Program-made: the position numbers and the translations under genes
The notes under the pieces: generated by a model
Seen by the model: only the letters and a program-made list of their open reading frames with translations
Told to the model about the DNA's origin: nothing
The model's database searches: none
From: Oscillospiraceae bacterium
GTDB taxonomy: Bacteria > Bacillota > Clostridia > Oscillospirales > Oscillospiraceae
Assembly (NCBI GenBank): GCA_031255955.1
Contig: JAIRRO010000117.1
Location: forward strand, 1 to 44,712
Reading direction: 5' to 3'
Length of the DNA: 44,712 nucleotides
Shown here: positions 43,301 through 44,712 of the stretch, piece after piece
How positions within the stretch are numbered: the first letter of the stretch is position 1
Layout: the number at the start of each line of letters is the position of its first letter

Positions 43301-44712
43301 AGATGGTCAGACGGCAAAGCAAGTGAAATTTCGCTTTCTGACTGCAATGTCAGCGGTTACGACTCCGCTACACGCGGGATTCAATCTATCACACTGACAT
43401 ATGGCGCGGTTAACGCCACGCTTGATGTAACTGTCCTGAAGCTTCCCGGCGGCGGTTCGGGTGCGTCGGATTTGATTACCGTTACCCTGACCATTAAGGG
43501 CGATACGCTGCACAACAGCGTTGAGGACGGCAGGGTACACGGGCTGAAAAATGGTGGGCTATCGGACTGGGTGTCAAAATCCTTTGCGGTTGATTTGAAC
43601 GCGACAGTAGCCGATGTTATTCAAAGAGCCATCACCGAGGCGGGTATTTCTTGGAGCAATCCGAGCGGAAACTATGTCGAATCTATGACCCGCAACGGTG
43701 TTACAATCGGCGAATTTACAAATGGTCCCCACTCCGGTTGGATGTATACAATCAACGGCAAGCTGTCAGATTTAGGTATATCCGAGCAATTCCTTGAGAG
43801 CGGCGACAGGATAATACTGTTCTATTCGGACGATTCAACCACAGAGGACGGCTGGGAAAAGATTTCCGGAACCGGCGACATTCCCACAGGCTCCGGAAAC
43901 TCGGCGTCTGACGGGGACAACAATTCCAGCGACGCCGACAGCGAAACACCCCTCGGCAGTCTCGGCAAAGCATCCTACGACGTTGTGGCAAGCGAAACCC
44001 TTGACACCCCGGCTATCACGCCCGACGACAACGGCACAGCCACGGTGGCAATCGAAGCGGAGAAAGTCACCGCAGCGGTGGACAAAGCGAAAAAAGCTGT
44101 GGAAACGGCGAAAGCCGACGGCAAAACAAACGCCGTCGCGGAAATCGTAATCCCCGTGAAAATCGACGAGGCAAACACGGGCGACGCCGCAATCGCGGTG
44201 ACAACCGTGGAGGCAACACTCCCCGCCGCGGCAATCAAAACAATCGCCGAGGCGAAGGACGTCATCCTCACGGTGGAAAGCGACATCTCAACCGTCACCC
44301 TCGACACCGCGACAATCGCAACAATCGCCGCTAACACCCAACCCAATGAAGCCGTGACAATCACGGCGACGATCATCCCCATCGCTGTAGGGGGCGGCGT
44401 CCCCGACGCCCCTTCCGACGTCCTCGGCGTCCCGCCCTCCGTCACCGCCAACATCCCACCCGCCGTCCGTGACATCATCGACCTCGGCATCACCGTCGGC
44501 AACACGGCGATAACAAACCTCGGCGGCACAGCAACCATCTCCATACCGTACACCCCGACAGCGGAAATCGCAACAGCGGACTACGATCTGCTCACCGTCT
44601 ACCGCATATCGGACAACGGCAGCATAACAGAGGTACACGGAGCGAGCTACGACGAAGGGACAATGACATTCACGACAACACAAGCGGACAAATTCTTTGT
44701 ATCCGAATGGAT
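40379..44712 (+). CDS. Large secreted/cell-surface multidomain protein (at least 1444 aa, 3' end beyond the window): signal peptide, Ig-like repeats, GLUG-motif beta-helix, Big_3-like Ig domain, DUF4430 domain, Ala/Thr/Ile-rich C-terminal module
   Basis: Hand translation from TTG 40379 (GGAGG 7 nt upstream) is open to the window end. It starts MKLSKSNPKMFALLFAIILCLSQLLAINVHVIAADD. Other landmarks are LSYQWTYGP...YYCVITN; GTGTPEEPFFIESYADLLTIQ followed by VGGIIAKK, VGGIVGAG and VGGIIGNEGG; GYDSATRGIQSITLTYGAVNATLDVTV; and HSGWMYTINGK...ESGDRIILFYSDD. It is not in the ORF track because no stop lies in the window. Confidence 0.85.
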   Translation, partial: MKLSKSNPKMFALLFAIILCLSQLLAINVHVIAADDNTVPTAGDEYGYITSVFLGHQNSSTPVPGFEFVPGKTTYDVVISDASVSGYLSFTCIDPIPENFYYDCYRDGKALANSTTNKAISNTTTSNSMLTTSLREFPIGETHVLSLVIGQKYDGQYVNSAVYNFNITRSPSVKSGSSAFSISIQNEQGTKKLPLSPATSPYTYEYSTVTSEDKIYITAPINSPGVDFYLRDELISPAPTNREITLSEYTASGSDIAVIPFSLRYENENPALSSTTNYTLYVSKIDYDPKISAQPSPSSTVSKNNSSFSLSVAVNTPEKGTLSYQWTYGPMKLPIQGATESTYTPPTAYAGSRNYYCVITNTVDGIQFTTTSAGATVTVLAESVFPPEIVSGPPDIVTLPIGSEYAVRTTIATLESDALLSVKWYKNSTPSTTGGVFIGDASQSATSISSTADYYQRKSVTHSFTLPAQYEAGANYWYFEASSVIGNNIATVTSDIITVIIEPVSIGSLRGTGTPEEPFFIESYADLLTIQRAVNSGTTLEGVHLKLTNDISLASDWVPIGTVKNSSSVFIPTSARDVEKAEYGHGANIDPFMAILDGDGHTITVANNGYPLLGFVREATVKNLNIYGERINGSGLVLNSFVVYGIDGTYSTGVPDTITLDNVKLLSGSSTLRSGLIEGSGSGYNGITITNCIVETGVTVGYDASQSDIASFVGGMNGTIRNCLSYADVKGVNTVGGIIAKKMQSVGLCSVDNCVFLGTINASGHSVGGIVGAGYIAASAPNTPTVAVKNCYVAADIKGSAGVGGIIGNEGGVRGALNTSYVTDNFFYGTITSVDNAAADDYFLALANVKSSETFGAIFGFLRSVDVDRQYISNNYYHLIVATELDGIGKISDPTSFDESAACIQKTPDEFAVGTVLAQLNNSETSYKNWVQGELFPELDFAKAIITSLEISGNYKTQYYIGDVLDLSGIVITARWSDGKASEISLSDCNVSGYDSATRGIQSITLTYGAVNATLDVTVLKLPGGGSGASDLITVTLTIKGDTLHNSVEDGRVHGLKNGGLSDWVSKSFAVDLNATVADVIQRAITEAGISWSNPSGNYVESMTRNGVTIGEFTNGPHSGWMYTINGKLSDLGISEQFLESGDRIILFYSDDSTTEDGWEKISGTGDIPTGSGNSASDGDNNSSDADSETPLGSLGKASYDVVASETLDTPAITPDDNGTATVAIEAEKVTAAVDKAKKAVETAKADGKTNAVAEIVIPVKIDEANTGDAAIAVTTVEATLPAAAIKTIAEAKDVILTVESDISTVTLDTATIATIAANTQPNEAVTITATIIPIAVGGGVPDAPSDVLGVPPSVTANIPPAVRDIIDLGITVGNTAITNLGGTATISIPYTPTAEIATADYDLLTVYRISDNGSITEVHGASYDEGTMTFTTTQADKFFVSEW

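Noticed and set aside
39650-43850. Considered the low-GC island to be an integrated mobile element or prophage remnant.
   Set aside because: No integrase, transposase, recombinase, terminal inverted or direct repeats, or phage genes are visible. The island consists of the two DUF4430 genes only and ends inside an ORF, so horizontal acquisition or domain shuffling is kept as a hypothesis but no mobile element is called.
43975-44683. Minus-strand ORFs 43975..44553 (192 aa) and 44288..44683 (131 aa).
   Set aside because: They are antisense to the open plus-strand frame of the large surface protein and lie in its high-GC low-complexity tail. Their composition (Ala/Val/Thr or Arg/Gly/Cys runs) is typical of shadow ORFs.

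Overview
High-GC chromosomal segment; single 60-nt lines in the housekeeping part hand-count to about 70% GC. It looks like a spore-forming Clostridia genome, possibly Oscillospiraceae-like, judging from spoVAD/spoVAE, an acyl-CoA dehydrogenase-etfBA operon, cdaA-cdaR and remA. Most of the window is ordinary core metabolism. The minus strand carries spoVA genes, acyl-CoA DH/EtfBA, and a long housekeeping string (cdaA-cdaR-...-yicC-remA-rpoZ-priA-def-fmt). The plus strand carries a LuxR regulator, rubrerythrin, an FNT channel, an Fe-S aldo/keto reductase, hisA-hisF-hisIE-PHP phosphatase, malic enzyme, GAPDH, tRNA-Ala(CGC), pyrG, and a cytoplasmic glycosidase locus (GH3, two GH63-like paralogs, and a nucleotidyltransferase fused to a degenerate phosphohexomutase). 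Two regions stand out. (1) 22368-27628 is a tightly overlapping four-gene cassette: a multi-cluster flavo/Fe-S oxidoreductase, a 66-aa four-Cys protein, a radical SAM enzyme, and a methyltransferase fused to a truncated PaaK-like adenylating enzyme. It matches, from memory, the functionally uncharacterised TrsS / DVU_1553-1557 neighbourhood; this is my best candidate for an undescribed system. (2) 39344-44712 has a strong promoter, a probable cobalamin riboswitch with terminator, a secreted DUF4430 (transcobalamin-like) protein, and a surface protein of at least 1444 aa that carries another DUF4430 domain. That ORF is absent from the supplied ORF track because it runs off the window. The region sits in a low-GC island and may be a corrinoid-capture system. 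All family assignments rest on motif recognition by eye. No searches were run, and hand-derived coordinates may be off by a few nt.
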